A DNA stretch of 64,000 nucleotides from Eledone cirrhosa (GCA_964016885.1 OZ024755.1:26598001-26662000), one strand, 5' to 3'; counted from the stretch's first letter, positions 1-14,191 are shown. Notes: generated from the letters alone by a model not told the origin. Program-made: numbers and translations.

Positions 1-254
1 GGATTTTTTTACGTGTTAATACTGAAGTTAAAATTATAATTTAATCACTGGAAAACTGGGAGGAGATATTGACGGAAAGACATCTGGCACGATGAAGATG
101 TCAAGAAAAGAGAAGTATTAAATTTGTTAAATTCTATAAATATATATAATGAAAAACAAAACACGTATTAGCATTCTCAGTAAGATTATCTGGAATTTAT
201 AAATTGTGTTTTTTGGTGACCCAGCTAAGGTTCTTATTGTCATTATTGTCACTA

Positions 255-474
255 GGCGGTGGATTGGCAGTATCGGTAGAGAGTCGGACACCATGCTTTG
301 CAGCATAGAGTTACGGTCCTTTACGATCTGAGTTCAAATCCCGCCGATGTTAATTTTGCCTTTCATCCTTACTGGGTCGATAAAATAAAGCACCAGTAAC
401 GTACTGGGGTCGATTTAATAGACTTTCCCCTCCTCCCAAATGCTGGCCTTGTGCCTATACTAGAAATCATTATT
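255..474 (+). mobile_element. Full-length tRNA-derived SINE (family A) with 14-bp target-site duplication
   Basis: A-box-like TGGCAGTATCGG, B-box GTTCAAATCC, central GCCTTTCATCCTTACnGGGTCGATAAAATAAAG(C/T)ACCAG (recalled as resembling the Meta/MESC SINE domain, unverified) and (ATT) tail. TCATTATTGTCACT is duplicated at 240-253 and 467-480. Many copies occur in the window. Confidence 0.9.
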
Positions 475-1344
475 GTCACTGTTCCTAACAGATGAAACCA
501 TTTTGGTGATCTCATTGTAGTGATTGGTTTTAGAGATATAAACATTAAACTTCAAATATCCTATTTATCTATTGTCATGACTGCTCACAATTGGTACCGT
601 TAACCAACCCTGAATCAGCCTAAATATTAATGGTCACCGGAAAATAAAGATTGCGTTACTGATCATTTTGTCTAAAGGTCTGCACTTTTATTATAATGCA
701 ATAGTTAATTATTCAGAAAAAAATTCGACCTACAATGATGCAATCGTAATGCCCTGATTTTTCAGAAATGCAATAAACGCTGCGATGCGGAAAATCACTT
801 GTGCCATCAAAATGACATCACTTCCAAGTAAACGTTTTGAATGGATCTTGAGAGAAGAAAATTATTTCCGTTGTTAACAATATTAATTTCTTTTTTGATA
901 CGTTGATACGAGAAACCAATGCTGATTATCTGAAAAACTATCGCCTCATCAGATATAAATAATCAACATACATTTCCTGAAATAATATCAAATGTTGCCA
1001 ATGTTGTCACAGAAATCTCACATATCTTCTTGGATAAATCAATAAATGTATAAATGTCGATTAGACATTTATTTAGATTTTAACAACTTATTAAGCAAGG
1101 GTCATATGAAATATTGCTTTAGAAAGCAGCAGTTTATCGAGTTAAATGTAATCTAAGAAACCTGATTTGTCAACTCGAAGAAAACTAGGAGAAACCTGGA
1201 GAAATAAATAGAGAGCATTTATCTTTTGTTTCAAATAGAAAAGACTTCCTGTGGAGTCCTAAATATGTTTGTTTTGGGTCCAACATTATTTAACATCAAC
1301 AAAACTGATGTCATTTGGTAAATTTAGCAAGCTTTTGATACTGA

Positions 1345-1555
1345 TGATTTCTAACACAGGCACAAGGCCAGACATATTGAAGTAGGTGTATAGTTGATCA
1401 TAATGCCTCCAGTAATTTACTGGCAATTGGTTTCTCGACCACAGAAAAATAAAAGACAGAATGGACTTCGTCTGGATTTGAACTCAGAATACAAAAGGTT
1501 GTATCTAAATATATGGAGGCATCTTGTCCCTTCTTTTTCCGGTTGTGCAAATCTG
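1345..1555 (-). mobile_element. Degenerate SINE family A copy
   Basis: Reverse-complement matches GGCACAAGGCCAG and GGATTTGAACTCAGA. Confidence 0.65.
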
Positions 1556-4500
1556 CTGACCTTATAATGGTTATTATATTACAAACGCACTTAAAGATGA
1601 TTGTAAAAAGATCTGAATGAAATTCAATATAAATAGGCTAATAATAGATAATTGTGATTTAATGTCAAAAATTGGAAATATTTCGTTCTGACAAAAAGAT
1701 ACAAGTTAAGATTTTTGTCTTAATTATATTTTAAGTGCAACATTTAACAAAGGATATTATTTAGCTACAAAAGACATCACACAAACGATGGGAGATAGGA
1801 AATACCATACTAGGCACGTTTATAAGCAACTTATCTGAATGAAGTTTATAAACGTTTGATAGACTATTTCTTTCGAGACACACAGTAAATCATATTTCAC
1901 TTAACTTACGTTGGCCTAACAATTATATGTTAAATGGTTTCTTGGCAGAATTAATTACTTCTCAAAATGGTGTATGTCTTCTCATTAGGTTTTCAGTAGT
2001 CTGCTTAAGTTCCATCAACAATTTTTCATTTTAATATTTGGTTGGTGTATAACATTCCAATCTCGTTCTTTACAGTTGTATGGTTTTCCCTAAAAGGTGA
2101 GATTTGTACCATTTTCGATTAAAGGTTTTTGAAGGAGAATTCACTGCTATTTCTGTCATATCGAACAAAAACGCAGAGGATTTCTCGTTGGTTTATTCCT
2201 GCAAAATTTTCTCCGTGTAGGTTATAAAATAAACCTTAAAAGAAGGTCAGGAAGAACTCCTAATTTTTATACATCATTGATTATTTTTGGTTGCTCCTCC
2301 ACAACTACGAGAATACACTAGTTGTTTATTTGGCCGTTGCCCAATCCACAACTTGGCAGTTAATAGAGATTAGGCTAGACAAACTTAATCTAGAAATGAA
2401 CAGGTTCTATTTGTATTATGAGACTGATATACATTTTAACTTTTCCCCTGTGTACGTATATATATTTGTATATGTTTATGCCTCTATGTTCTTATGTATT
2501 TCTCTGTCTACGTACGTGTATATTTTTCTTGATACTTATGTCTATGAATGTGTTTGTATGTTTACTTCTGTGCGTATATGTGAGTGTGTGTTTGTGTATA
2601 ATCTTAATGGCTTACATATAATTAAATCATCCAGTAGTATTTCAGTTGTAATTAACCCAGTGTTCTATCCCAAACAAATGTTTATACTTCAAAGCAACTT
2701 TTACAATCTTGCAGTATTATTCTGTCATTGCGGTAAAATTTGTCAAGATGGAGAAACCGTAAGTCATGAATGAAATAAATAGATAAAAACCAACAGTTAT
2801 GCAAGTTAGAAAGAGTGGCCATTTATAACACCAACCAGATCATTCAACCAGAAAGAAAGAAATCATTGAAATATGTATTCGTAGATATACTACGTCTGAA
2901 TAAAAGATGAGATAATCTTGGAATACTTCATGAATAAAGTTTCACATGAGTAAAATACTGATATATATTTGAACTTTTCCCCTGTGCACGTATATATATT
3001 TATATGTGTTTATGCTTATATGTTCGTATGTATTTCTCTATGTCTACGTACGTGTATATTTTTGTTTATACTTATATCTATGAATGTGTTTGGAAACATT
3101 TTGATCAGAAAGAGAAAGTTTTGATTTGTGACTCATATTAATTATGGGCTTGATGGCATTCTCATGATAGTCTTGATGTCCCCTTTCAATCCCTTCTAAT
3201 CAGTTTACCTACAGATGTCCTTTACATGCATTCTAGACACATCATACAAAACCAACCTTGTTTTCATACAAAACCAACCATGTTTCCATGAACATAAACT
3301 TTCAAAACATACTTGGATATCTAATTAAATCTGTCTCTTTCAACAGTATAAACTCGCAATGGGGAAATATACCTCTGTTCATAGATAACACGCACATTTT
3401 AAATCGCAAGTCTTAGACTTCGAAATGTCTGATTTCTGCGGCAATGTCCATACCTTTTGCAGCATTTTAGTCACATCGAATATTATAGCATTTCATGCGT
3501 AATTTTGATTATGTCTATATTTTATGGTGATGAATATTTGAATATAATCAATCGTTTTTGTTGTAAGTTTAACTTGAAAGTATACATCTTTGAAAATTAT
3601 AAACTTGAAAACTAAATTCTATTCGATATGTTTTACATTATTTTTTTTTTCATAGAAAATAATCTAAATTAAAAAAAAAGTTTTAAAAAATCGAACAAGT
3701 ATAATTATAAGAAAAATTTATCAAAGGAAATTGATTGAAATAGTTGTTATATTCTACTGTATGCGTTCTTTTATAATATAAACAAGTGAAGAATATTCTT
3801 TAAATATAATTAAAGTGTTTAAGAATGACGCAACTCATAATTGATTTATTGAAGCATTTACACTTAAAACTCTGGTATATAAAAAGTAATAAGAAAAGAT
3901 TGAATAACAGTTGTTTCGTTGTGGTCGTTGCGGTTTCTTTTTACATCAGTACAATTCTAATAGAGCCAATCTATAATCAGGCCGACTCCACCCGTGGCCA
4001 TCTTGCTTTGTTTTCAAACATAGCTCAGATCGGTATAAATCGATTGTATAATGTAATCATATTCTCCTAATAACATTATATTGCTATTGTGTGATGTTAC
4101 CAGCAATCTCTGTCTCAATATCCTTTTTGTTTATATGCTCAATATCCTTTTTATTTATATGCTCAATATCCTTTTTATTTATATTCATTATATGCTGTAC
4201 TAAACAACAAACACCATATATGGGCGGTTTCAATAGCCTATGGCCTTTCAATAAAAAAAGATTGCTAGCTCTTCGCGCAGTCCTCCTCCATCTCTAGAGA
4301 AAGGAACTCTACAAATAGCAACTCGTCCCATGACCCTTCTCTTGGAGCAACATAATCGATTCTTAAAGAAAGAGAGAGGGGACGAATCGACCAGTACTTG
4401 GCTGTTGTCAAGGCAAGGTTTATCTCAGCATAAATTGAATTCACAGTGCAAAGAGCCGTAACAAATACCGCAATGAATTTTGTGTCGCTCTAACGACTAT

Positions 4501-6162
4501 GCCAATTTGTTGTGTAATTCAATTTACAACCGTCAAATATGTAGGATAAAAGAATGTTCAAGAAGCCGCTATTAACTAATTATCTGTTACAATAATCCAC
4601 TTTTCACTATTGTTAATATAAATACGTAACTATCATACCAACTTTTGTAGATCAAAGAATAACTCCCCTGCTAAGATGACTTTACCAATTCATGTTTCTG
4701 GCGTCACTATGACCATACACCTAAACATATTTACAAAACCAAAATCAACATGTTTAAGATAAAAGTTGCTAGTAGATTTCATCACTGTGGTATTTGCTCT
4801 GTCTTTGTACATTTCGATTTCAAACCCCACCGAGGTCAACATTGCCTTTCATCATTTCGAGGTCGATAATAGAAAGCCCTAGGATTGACTGGATATTCTT
4901 ATGAAGCATTTAATGAACTTATAATAGACATGCCTGTTGATATTTAGCCGTTGACCAGTCCTGATAGAGCACACTTAAGACCAAAGTTATTCTAACCATC
5001 ACTAACTCTTTTTTATTCAGTCATGATGTGAATAGCCTGTCGTTTTTCATGGCGGATATGGTGTGATTTGAGAGAGATTTAGTTAGAATTTCCTGTAAGT
5101 GATGTGAATTCCCCGAGAATATTTTGAAAATAAGTAACAATACCAGCAATATGCCAGAATCTAGCCAGCTCTAATTAGAATGGTCACTGATTTTATAGAA
5201 AACAAAAATAGACACATCATAATCAAACTAAAACTATATTGAGATGAAGCTGTTCAGAATTTATAAATAGAAAATTTTAGCTACTTTACAACTAAGCCAT
5301 TCGATCAATCAACACATTGTTTGGCCAAAAAAAGAATTATGTTATCAATGCCAACTTCATACCATTTTATATCTTAATCGCATACTGATTATTCCCGGCA
5401 TCACGCCACAACTTCTTTTCAATAAAATCATTGTTCTTTAATGGATTCTTTCACAGATATCATTAAACGGCTCAACAGCAACGACATCTATAACATCTCA
5501 ATATAATAACGATAATTTCTTAATATAGGTACAAGGCGTCAAATTTTGTTGGAAATTGTTCAGTCGATTAAATCGACACTATTACTCGACGGGTGCTTAT
5601 TATATCGATTCTATGAAGGGTAAAAAGGCTAAGAATACTTAGGCAGGATTTGAAAGCAGAACGTAAAGAAACGTAAGATATTTTGTCCAACATTCCACTG
5701 ATTCGTCATAGTACTACAATATGGAAAAAATAGTAGTTTCTAATTTTGGTACACGGCAGATAATTTGGGTGCGGATGTGATTAGTCGTGTAGTGGTAGTT
5801 GTAGTGCTGTGGTTGTTGCTTTTGGCGGTGGCGACAGTGGTGGTGATAATGGACGGGTAGTAGTAGTATTTGGATTTTAATTGAAAAATGGCTCTAATAA
5901 CACTATTTAATATAAAAATAATATCAATAGCACAAGAGTCTCTAGGAATGGTCACTGATAGTTCACAAAAAAATGAATAGCTAATTAAAATATATTTTAA
6001 TATGCAGATGTTTGCTATGGTGAAACAGATCTAAATTGAATTGCCTGATGCAGAATCATATTAAATGTGTACGAACCCAGAATAGATAGAAGTAAGCTAA
6101 TTGCTGGGTGTCTAGCAACCACCAATAAAATAAATTAAGCAAGAAAATATAAAGTATTTTTG

Positions 6163-6373
6163 TCGATCGACTTTCGTCAAATCGAACCGAGGAAACAATA
6201 ATTCCGTTGGTCTTTCGAATTGCTAATACTAACTATCGGTCGCAACTCCATGTAGGAGCAACGTAAAATAAAGTGTCTTACTCAAGGACATAGCGCATCG
6301 CCTGATCCAAGAATCGAACTGACAACCTCACGATTGCGAATCTCGTTCCCTAACCAATCAGCCACACACCTTC
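6163..6373 (-). mobile_element. tRNA-derived SINE family B (CORE-like), degenerate
   Basis: Reverse complement of the 49286-49500 element: tRNA head, TGTCCTTGAGyAAGACACTTTATTT, tail ...GACGAAAGTCGATCG. Confidence 0.75.
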
Positions 6374-6672
6374 ACTAAAACGTATAGTGCCGGTAAATAT
6401 TTGTATTATTGTATTTATATACTCTCATAATATATACTACGTAGCCGCTAAACCTTCAGGAAATATCAATCAAATTTCCCTTAAATCATATTCTACCGTC
6501 TTAAATTTATCTCAGACAATATTTGCTATTGTAGTATTAGTTATATGACACATGAGAGTAACATACGACACTGTTATGGTTACAATGCATTTGGTCATGC
6601 GGCCGTTCAATCAAGGCTAGCATGTAACTAAACAACACACAGACACACACACACACATATACATACATACAC

Positions 6673-6861
6673 GAAAATGTTTAACCCTGACGGCAGAGCT
6701 GAAGTCGTTTCGACGGCTATTTCTGGACTGAAATAGCCGTCGAAACGGCTTGAGCTCTGCCGTCAGGGTTAAATATTTTCCTATTACCCACTCTACTACC
6801 CTAAGTATTGAGTACTCTGGTGCGTTATAGTCCATCTGGTTCCTTACCACACTTCCTTCGT

Positions 6862-6863
<2 letters not shown>
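6673..6863. mobile_element. Palindromic microsatellite-embedded element, family P (Penelope pLTR-like, half-hammerhead)
   Basis: About 51-bp inverted arms 6673-6723 and 6730-6780 plus a tail shared with 18640, 28844, 49615 and 61412. Flanked by CA/TA repeats. Confidence 0.7.
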
Positions 6864-6895
<32 letters not shown>

Positions 6896-6909
6896 TAGGA
6901 TTGGTGCTC

Positions 6910-7010
<101 letters not shown>

Positions 7011-7721
7011 AACTTTATTCCAAAGACATGTTTATATTGCGATTTATTTATTTTAATACTTATCTAGAAGTATAAATATCCAGTTGACGTAAGAAGCATT
7101 AGGAAAATTAGAAAATGTATTATAGTCATCTGTGTTGGGACGACTACATTTTATATTTCAATATATTCAGTTTAATGGTTAGGGTCCTTGATTCTCTATC
7201 GTAAAGTAGTGAATTCGATGAATATATCTAATGGCTATGACAAATGGACGCTTATAGATAATGACATGTTATGCATATTAAATGAACAGATGTATATATT
7301 CTATGTTTTCACCGGACACGAATTGATATTTCAGGAAGTCGCACATATAAAATGACATGTATGATCCCATCAGATATAATTCCTTTTTACGTATATGTCG
7401 GTGAAGTGAAGAAGAAAAAACGAAAAATACCAATGGCACCCGAAATATTGAGACGTTGGTTATACCTTTCCTTGTCTGTAAAATTACTTTACAGAAAGTA
7501 CTTAAATCGGTGATAGTTATTATATTGAATGAGAAATTTTATCTGTATATTAGCGTGGTTTTCTGGCTTCAGCAAGTATAAGTATTGCACTTAAGTATTA
7601 AAGTGATATCTTTATATATCGATAAGGCGAGGAAACAACTTACGATTGTAAATGAAACACCCTAACTAGTAAACCACGCGCATTCATTGAATATTTTGAA
7701 ATATAAAAAGTAGTCGTCATA

Positions 7722-7887
<166 letters not shown>

Positions 7888-7889
<2 letters not shown>

Positions 7890-8420
7890 CAGGTCGCTCT
7901 CGAGTGCTACTGGTAACATGTAACCCAGTACAACCTGTCCCATGGTCGGGTCGACAGTGACTAAACCGGCAACCCCACCAAGCTTGCTTGGTGAGGAGGG
8001 TGTTATTTTGACACCCTGCGGTATGAAATACAAGACCCGGCAAAAGACGGAGGAACTCAGCAGAGTCAACGGCCATCCAAATAGTACTTTTTTTCCACCT
8101 GGGAGTGAAAGGCCCCAGTTGTTGTCACAACACCTTTCTAAGAGAGGGAGACTCTGAAAAATAAAAACCCAAAAAAAACCTGCGGCTTCGGGCATCCGAT
8201 GATGTTGACCAATTCTCCTTTTCGGGTAGTGTTTTCGATGCTCAGGGAGTGGGATTGGTCGAGTGCAAGGCCTTTTCCCACTTAAAAAACCTTCAAAGCA
8301 CAGGCATTGCTTGTTCAGGTTATGTTACAGGTAAGTGTGACTGGCCGTAGCCTAAAAGTGCACCAAACTCTATAATCTGACAAGCAATTGCAGTACTCTT
8401 AGCAGAGTTTGCAGCCATCA
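7888..8420 (+). mobile_element. Interspersed repeat, probably 5' region of an RTE-type LINE or non-autonomous derivative
   Basis: Homologous to 39620-40130 (GACTAAACyGGCAACCCCACCAAG...GGTGAGGAGGGTG, GAGTCAAyGGCCATCCAAA) and to 39250-39520. The RTE assignment is an inference. Confidence 0.55.
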
Positions 8421-8855
8421 TATATATGTGTGTATGTGTATGTCTACTGAGGTAGCTCAAAACAGCCATAGCGAGATTGTAAATATATGTATATGCTTTC
8501 ATATGCACCTCTACTTTGAATTAGGGTTTTAATGCTGCTGAAATTACTAAGAGCCCACACTATATGCAACGTAGTATCTGAAGCACATCTTTATAGGTGA
8601 TAGCTTATTTTGCCGCAGTATCGAATGAATAAGCATCACTGAAGATGGATACAGCTCCTGAACCACTAGTATCTGTCGGTCTTGCATTGACACTGAGTTA
8701 GCTATGACATGATCACAGCTGAAAACACCTATATCAAGATTTCTGTATATTTATTGTTTATAAACATATTTTAAATGCCTTCATATATATACTTCTAATC
8801 TATCTATCCGTATGTTTTTATACATGTATGTTTGTGCGTGTAAGTGTGTATGTCT

Positions 8856-8931
<76 letters not shown>

Positions 8932-9008
8932 TTATATGTCTTTGTGTGTGTGTGTATACATATATGCATATATGTATATAATGTATAAATGTATATATAT
9001 ATATATAA

Positions 9009-9076
<68 letters not shown>

Positions 9077-9689
9077 GTGTATGTGTCTACGTTCATGCTT
9101 CTTTTTATATAATACATCTTATATAATACATCTTATTGATAATTGTGTTCACTTTAATGATTATTACGTTACATGATATATTTTCGATATCAGATTTACC
9201 ATATTTTGATTTACGTATATATATGCACACACACACACACACACACATCTATACACCGAACAAATACACTGAAATATTTAATCATTGAAGGAGGAAAATG
9301 ATACAAGTTTCTCTGTATTTCCCTCTTAAAAGTGGAGTGAGCGTAATTATAGACATTACTACCTATAATGCTTCTTTAAAATAACAGAGCATTGCAATTC
9401 TGGTGTGTAAAAAGTGTATGTGTAAGACATAGTGTGGAGGAGGAAAGAGAAAAAGTGTGATAATATGGCGGATAAACATAGTAATATATGATCTGTGTAG
9501 AGGTGGGTGTGAGGTTGAAGTAGCTCTAGAAAGTTGAGAGGTTTCGGATTTAAACTTGAGAGTATAAAGACAGAGTTGTGTGTTAAGTAAGTAACTAATG
9601 GTTATTAATAGAGAAGATATTGCTAATATGTAAGTTACAACACTAGAAGCAAGCAGATTATTACTCCACGTTGGCATGCATATAACATA

Positions 9690-10625
9690 TCCAGGTTATT
9701 TTGTAGGAAAAGCTTTTCAGACAAAGTGGTTCGATGGTATGGGGAGAGTATCAAAGGCCATAAGAACTTCCAAAATTCTTATCAACTGCAAATACTCTCC
9801 CCATCCCTAAAAATAGCCAAACCAGCCTTGATAAAGGTTACAGCTTGCCAGAACTTAATGTATAAATTATACACTGTGTATAAATGGTTCTTGTAGGATC
9901 ATTGTACTACCAACAATATTATAACATGTGAGCAAACTAGAAGAAAAAAAGTACGAGGTTGTATAGAGCAGCTACTAATTAACAAAATGGTCCTGGAAAA
10001 ACTGTGAAAAATTGCATGAAGTTGACTGTGTACCTACTTCACAAAACAGGAAGGTCATCAGTGGACAATAAATGTAGGTTGTGTAAAACAAAAACCGAAG
10101 ATGTTTGCCACATTATTTCCAGCTGAGAAAGAGTGTCTTTCCGTTACTACTACCCCATGAAGCATGATATGATAACTAGGATGATCTGGAATGCAATCCG
10201 AAAGACGAAAATGAAATCAAATAGGAAGGAATATGTCGAGACTGTGACTCAAAGAAATACTGGCTGAAGTTAAAAATAAAAGCACCCAGCAAATTAAAGT
10301 ACAACTGGCCTGATATTGTTGTTTGGGACCACACATAATAAACATGCTCTGTTGTAGAACTCAGCTGTCCACTTGATGTTAATGTGGCAAGAAAATTGAA
10401 AGGGAAAGAGATCTACGGACAATTGAGGAGTTTAAAGATCCAGCATCTAAAATACACGTTCAACTTCAGACCCATTATTATTGGGCCTACAGGTTATATA
10501 CCAAACGACCTGGACCAAAGTATAAGAAACCTTAGATTTGTGGAGAAAGAACTTCTTAATTCATAAGCTACAAGTGGCCGCGATACGTAGAACCTTCAAC
10601 ATTTGTAAAAAACATTCTGACGATT
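9690..10625 (+). pseudogene. Decayed R4/Dong-like non-LTR retrotransposon fragment (RT start, CCHC knuckle, restriction-like endonuclease)
   Basis: Manual translation gives ACQNLMYKLYT and RGCIEQLLINKMVLE (RT), CRLCKTKTEDVCHIISS*...KHD (zinc knuckle) and NWPDIVVWD...VVELSCPLDVNVARKLKGKEIYGQL...PIIIGPTGYIP (RLE). It has stops, frameshifts and a large internal deletion. Confidence 0.8.
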
Positions 10626-11026
10626 CAAAGGATGAACGCTAACACAACAGACAATGACAATTTCCTTTTCTACACAACCCTTCTACCGAGAAGGTGGCCG
10701 GTCATAAATAAACTCAAAATTAAGAGAAAGAACATGCACACACACATTCATACACGCACACGCACACATTCATACAAATGTGCTTCCTTGCAGCCATACA
10801 ACCGTACATTTCCCAATTTTCTTTACGGGCAAATAGATTTTTTATTGAGTGCTATAGTAGAATTAGCTATCTATACAGATAAATGTATAGGTGGAAAAAC
10901 TGACAGCCAGAGAAGACACACGGACGGATAGAGAAGATAGGTAAATGTAAGTTATAAATAATAAATATTATAGCAATTTCAACTAACATTTAATATATGT
11001 ATCGTAAAAAGACTTAAGTGTTTATA

Positions 11027-11208
11027 ATTGGTAGTATCGGTAGAGGGTCGGACGCCATGCTTTCCAGCATAGTTACGTACCTTTACGGTCTGAGTTCAAA
11101 TCCCGTCGAGGTTAACTTTGCCTTTCATCCTTACGGGGTCGATAAAATAAAGTACCAGTAATGTACTGGGTAATTGCTGGCCTTGTGCCAAAAAGTAGAA
11201 ACAATTAT
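11027..11208 (+). mobile_element. SINE family A copy
   Basis: High similarity to 255-474 and 35568-35760. Confidence 0.9.
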
Positions 11209-11299
11209 CATATATTACATCATATTATATTATATTGTATTATATATAACATATAAACATATATATATAGAAATAATATATATATATAGTAATGATATG

Positions 11300-12165
11300 C
11301 AGTTGTCCCTCGGTATTCGCGGGTGTTACGTTTCTAGAGCAGCAGCTAAGAGTGAAAAACCGCGAATATTGGACGTGGTCCATAAACATTCCTATAAACA
11401 TCAAAATATAACGTAAAATATAATTTTAAAATATATAATATTTAATAATAATTTAATAAAAAGTACTGGATAATCACCAATAATGAATGGTATTGATTGA
11501 AGATGAAAATAATGAAGATGATGACTGCACAGCAAGGCAGAGGATTTAAGGCTCCTCAGGTGACGCCTCTTCTTCAGGCGTTTCAGGAGATGTATCTTCG
11601 TACAAGGCTTTCTTGGTGGACTTGAGGAACATTGTGATGGAATGTTGCTATCGTTGTTTTTTCATGATGATGAGGAAAGTTTTATATGTCTGCATGGCAG
11701 CATCGATGGCATTTTTAAATTGGAGAGACCGAACCATATATAAATCCCATGCTTCCACCTTCCCTTGCAACTCCTTTGCTGTCTTCAAACGGTCGGACAG
11801 ACATTCCATTGTCAGGCCCTTCTCCTCCTCAACTTCCTCTGGATCTGGCGCTTCCTCATCCTCTTCGCTAACAGACTTCGTTAACTCCAACAAATCCTCC
11901 TCCATCAGGGATTCAGAGTGAGCATTGATGGAGTTGTTGACGTTATCTTGCGTGATGTTGTCAAAACCTTCGCTACCAAGTGCCTTTGCCTGTCTTACCG
12001 CATTGTCGACAGCCTCGCGCTGAATTTCTTCATGTGAGAAGCCCTTATAATCCTGGAAACACCCTAGTCACAACTTCTTCCAGCTTGCGATGTGGGTTTC
12101 TTTTTTTTTCATGTCCTTAAGAGCAGCTTGGGTGACTGACAGGCACGTTGCAATCGAGAAGTTAC
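11300..12165 (-). mobile_element. Tigger/pogo-family DNA transposon 3' remnant (transposase C-terminus plus one TIR)
   Basis: Minus-strand FSIATCLSVTQAALKDMK...WKKL...GFDNITQDNVNNSINAHSESLMEEDLLEL...RSLQFKNAIDAAMQTYK resembles the TIGD1/Tigger C-terminus. TIR-like CAGTTGTCCCTCGGTATTCGCGG at 11300. Confidence 0.8.
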
Positions 12166-12212
12166 CCTGTCTAAGTTGGCTTAAGTCTGGCAGTTGCAAG
12201 AACGCGAGAGAC

Positions 12213-12252
12213 CGTCCTGACGAAAACCAGTTGAGTTCGAAATACATCGACG
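12213..12252 (+). ncRNA. Type I hammerhead ribozyme motif, family H1 (partly degenerate)
   Basis: cgtc-CTGACGA-aaac cagttga gttc-GAAA-tac-ATC-gacg. Homologous to 33549-33592 and 63621-63664. Confidence 0.65.
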
Positions 12253-12415
12253 ATTGGCCTCCTTGTTTCTGCCGAGCACCGTTAGCTGCCAGTAGGTTAT
12301 TCATAGCTTGCACTTTCTAAATGTTTATTTATAAACATACCCGTATTTCTTTAGAAATACGAAATTCAAATACATATTTGTATACAGCTATGTTCGAGGC
12401 TAAATTCTAATTCTA

Positions 12416-12838
<423 letters not shown>

Positions 12839-13260
12839 AACAACAGAGCAATGACACCGAAGTTTCAGCGATCGCCTCTCTGACTGCCTTGTATAGGATT
12901 ATCCTAGATGTAGTAATGGTTAATTACTACACTGGATATGGCTGACGTACGGTGAGAGGTTACTCTACGAGTTATGGAAGAATTGTTGAAGAAACTTAGT
13001 TCCTGATCCTTCTGTATTCCGGAGTGTATATAAAGAATGAATAATAACAGGTAGACATCATAAAAAGGTAATTTATTCTGTGTGCTCACAAATGTTTCCA
13101 CGGTGGTACTACACCCTAGTTATGCTATGTGCAAATTTACAGCTATTTGCAGAACACCGTGGAAACATTTGTAAGCACACGGAATAAATTACCTTTTTAT
13201 GATGTCTACCTGTTATTATTCATTCTTTATATATATATATATATATATATATACACGCGC

Positions 13261-13291
<31 letters not shown>

Positions 13292-13844
13292 TGCATTAGT
13301 CGACTATATATTATAGTAGAAGACACTTAGACACTTGCTAAAAGTTTAATTCATTGGGACTGAACGTGAATCCACGAGGTTGCAAACAGACCTTTGAGCA
13401 AACATAGCTGCTTGTGTCTATAGCTTGTTTCATCATTATTGTTAATTCTCTCTGTACCATTTGTCTTCGTAAAAGCTGGATAGTTACAGTGAGATGATAA
13501 AATCATCACTGCTATCTCTCATAAGTAATTATAAAGGACACCTGTCACATATTAAACAAACATACGGTTACATGTACTCGCTGAGATGCGACTATGAAAT
13601 ACCATTAATGTGTAAATAGCTGTCTCTCTAAAGGGAATATGAGCAAAGAGTAGAGCTTACCAGGCCTCTTTAAAATTCCTTTAATAAATAATAGTGAATA
13701 ACAGCATGAGATGATATTTTTTAGTCATTTTCATTATATATGTAAGCGATCGCGTGTGTTTTGAAGACGGCGATTGCAATTTGACTACAGAAAATAGTCT
13801 AATAACAGTGTGTATAAGCCACCAGAATAGAAAAAAAAATGATT

Positions 13845-14090
13845 CCCAATTGTGAGTCCGATTTCCAGACCAGATGATGTGGTGTGTCTCTGATCAAGAC
13901 ACCTTATTTCACGTTGCTTCATTTCACTTAACTGTAGAAATGAATTGCGACGTCTCCAGTGCCAAGTTGTATCGGCCTTTATCCTTCCTTCTTGTTGGTC
14001 TTCTAGAAAATCACCTTGACCGGGGTTGTGCCTCAGAGGGGAACTTTCTATGAGCAAAAGCCATGGCCATTCGTGACCAAAAGCGACTTT
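13845..14090 (-). mobile_element. SINE family B (CORE-like) copy
   Basis: Shares CAAGACACyTTATTTCACGTTGCT with 47938 and 49286. Degenerate, so orientation and ends are approximate. Confidence 0.5.
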
Positions 14091-14105
14091 TATCTTTTAT
14101 ATATA

Positions 14106-14167
<62 letters not shown>

Positions 14168-14191
14168 AAGTTATATTTAAAATTGTTGGGT

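Noticed and set aside
255-345. tRNA gene
   Set aside because: A and B boxes belong to a SINE head and no complete cloverleaf is present
2291-2773. 160-aa ORF
   Set aside because: Non-ATG start, YV/CV-rich low complexity, and it overlaps a diverged duplicated segment
8633-8685. Hammerhead-like CTGAAGA-tgga..tcct-GAAC..GTC
   Set aside because: GAAA is broken and stem I does not pair, so at most a decayed PLE-type motif
9363-9677. 104-aa minus-strand ORF or possible CR1-like LINE tail
   Set aside because: Too degenerate to assign
11648-11905. 85-aa acidic ORF as a host gene
   Set aside because: It is part of a frameshifted, stop-containing Tigger transposase remnant
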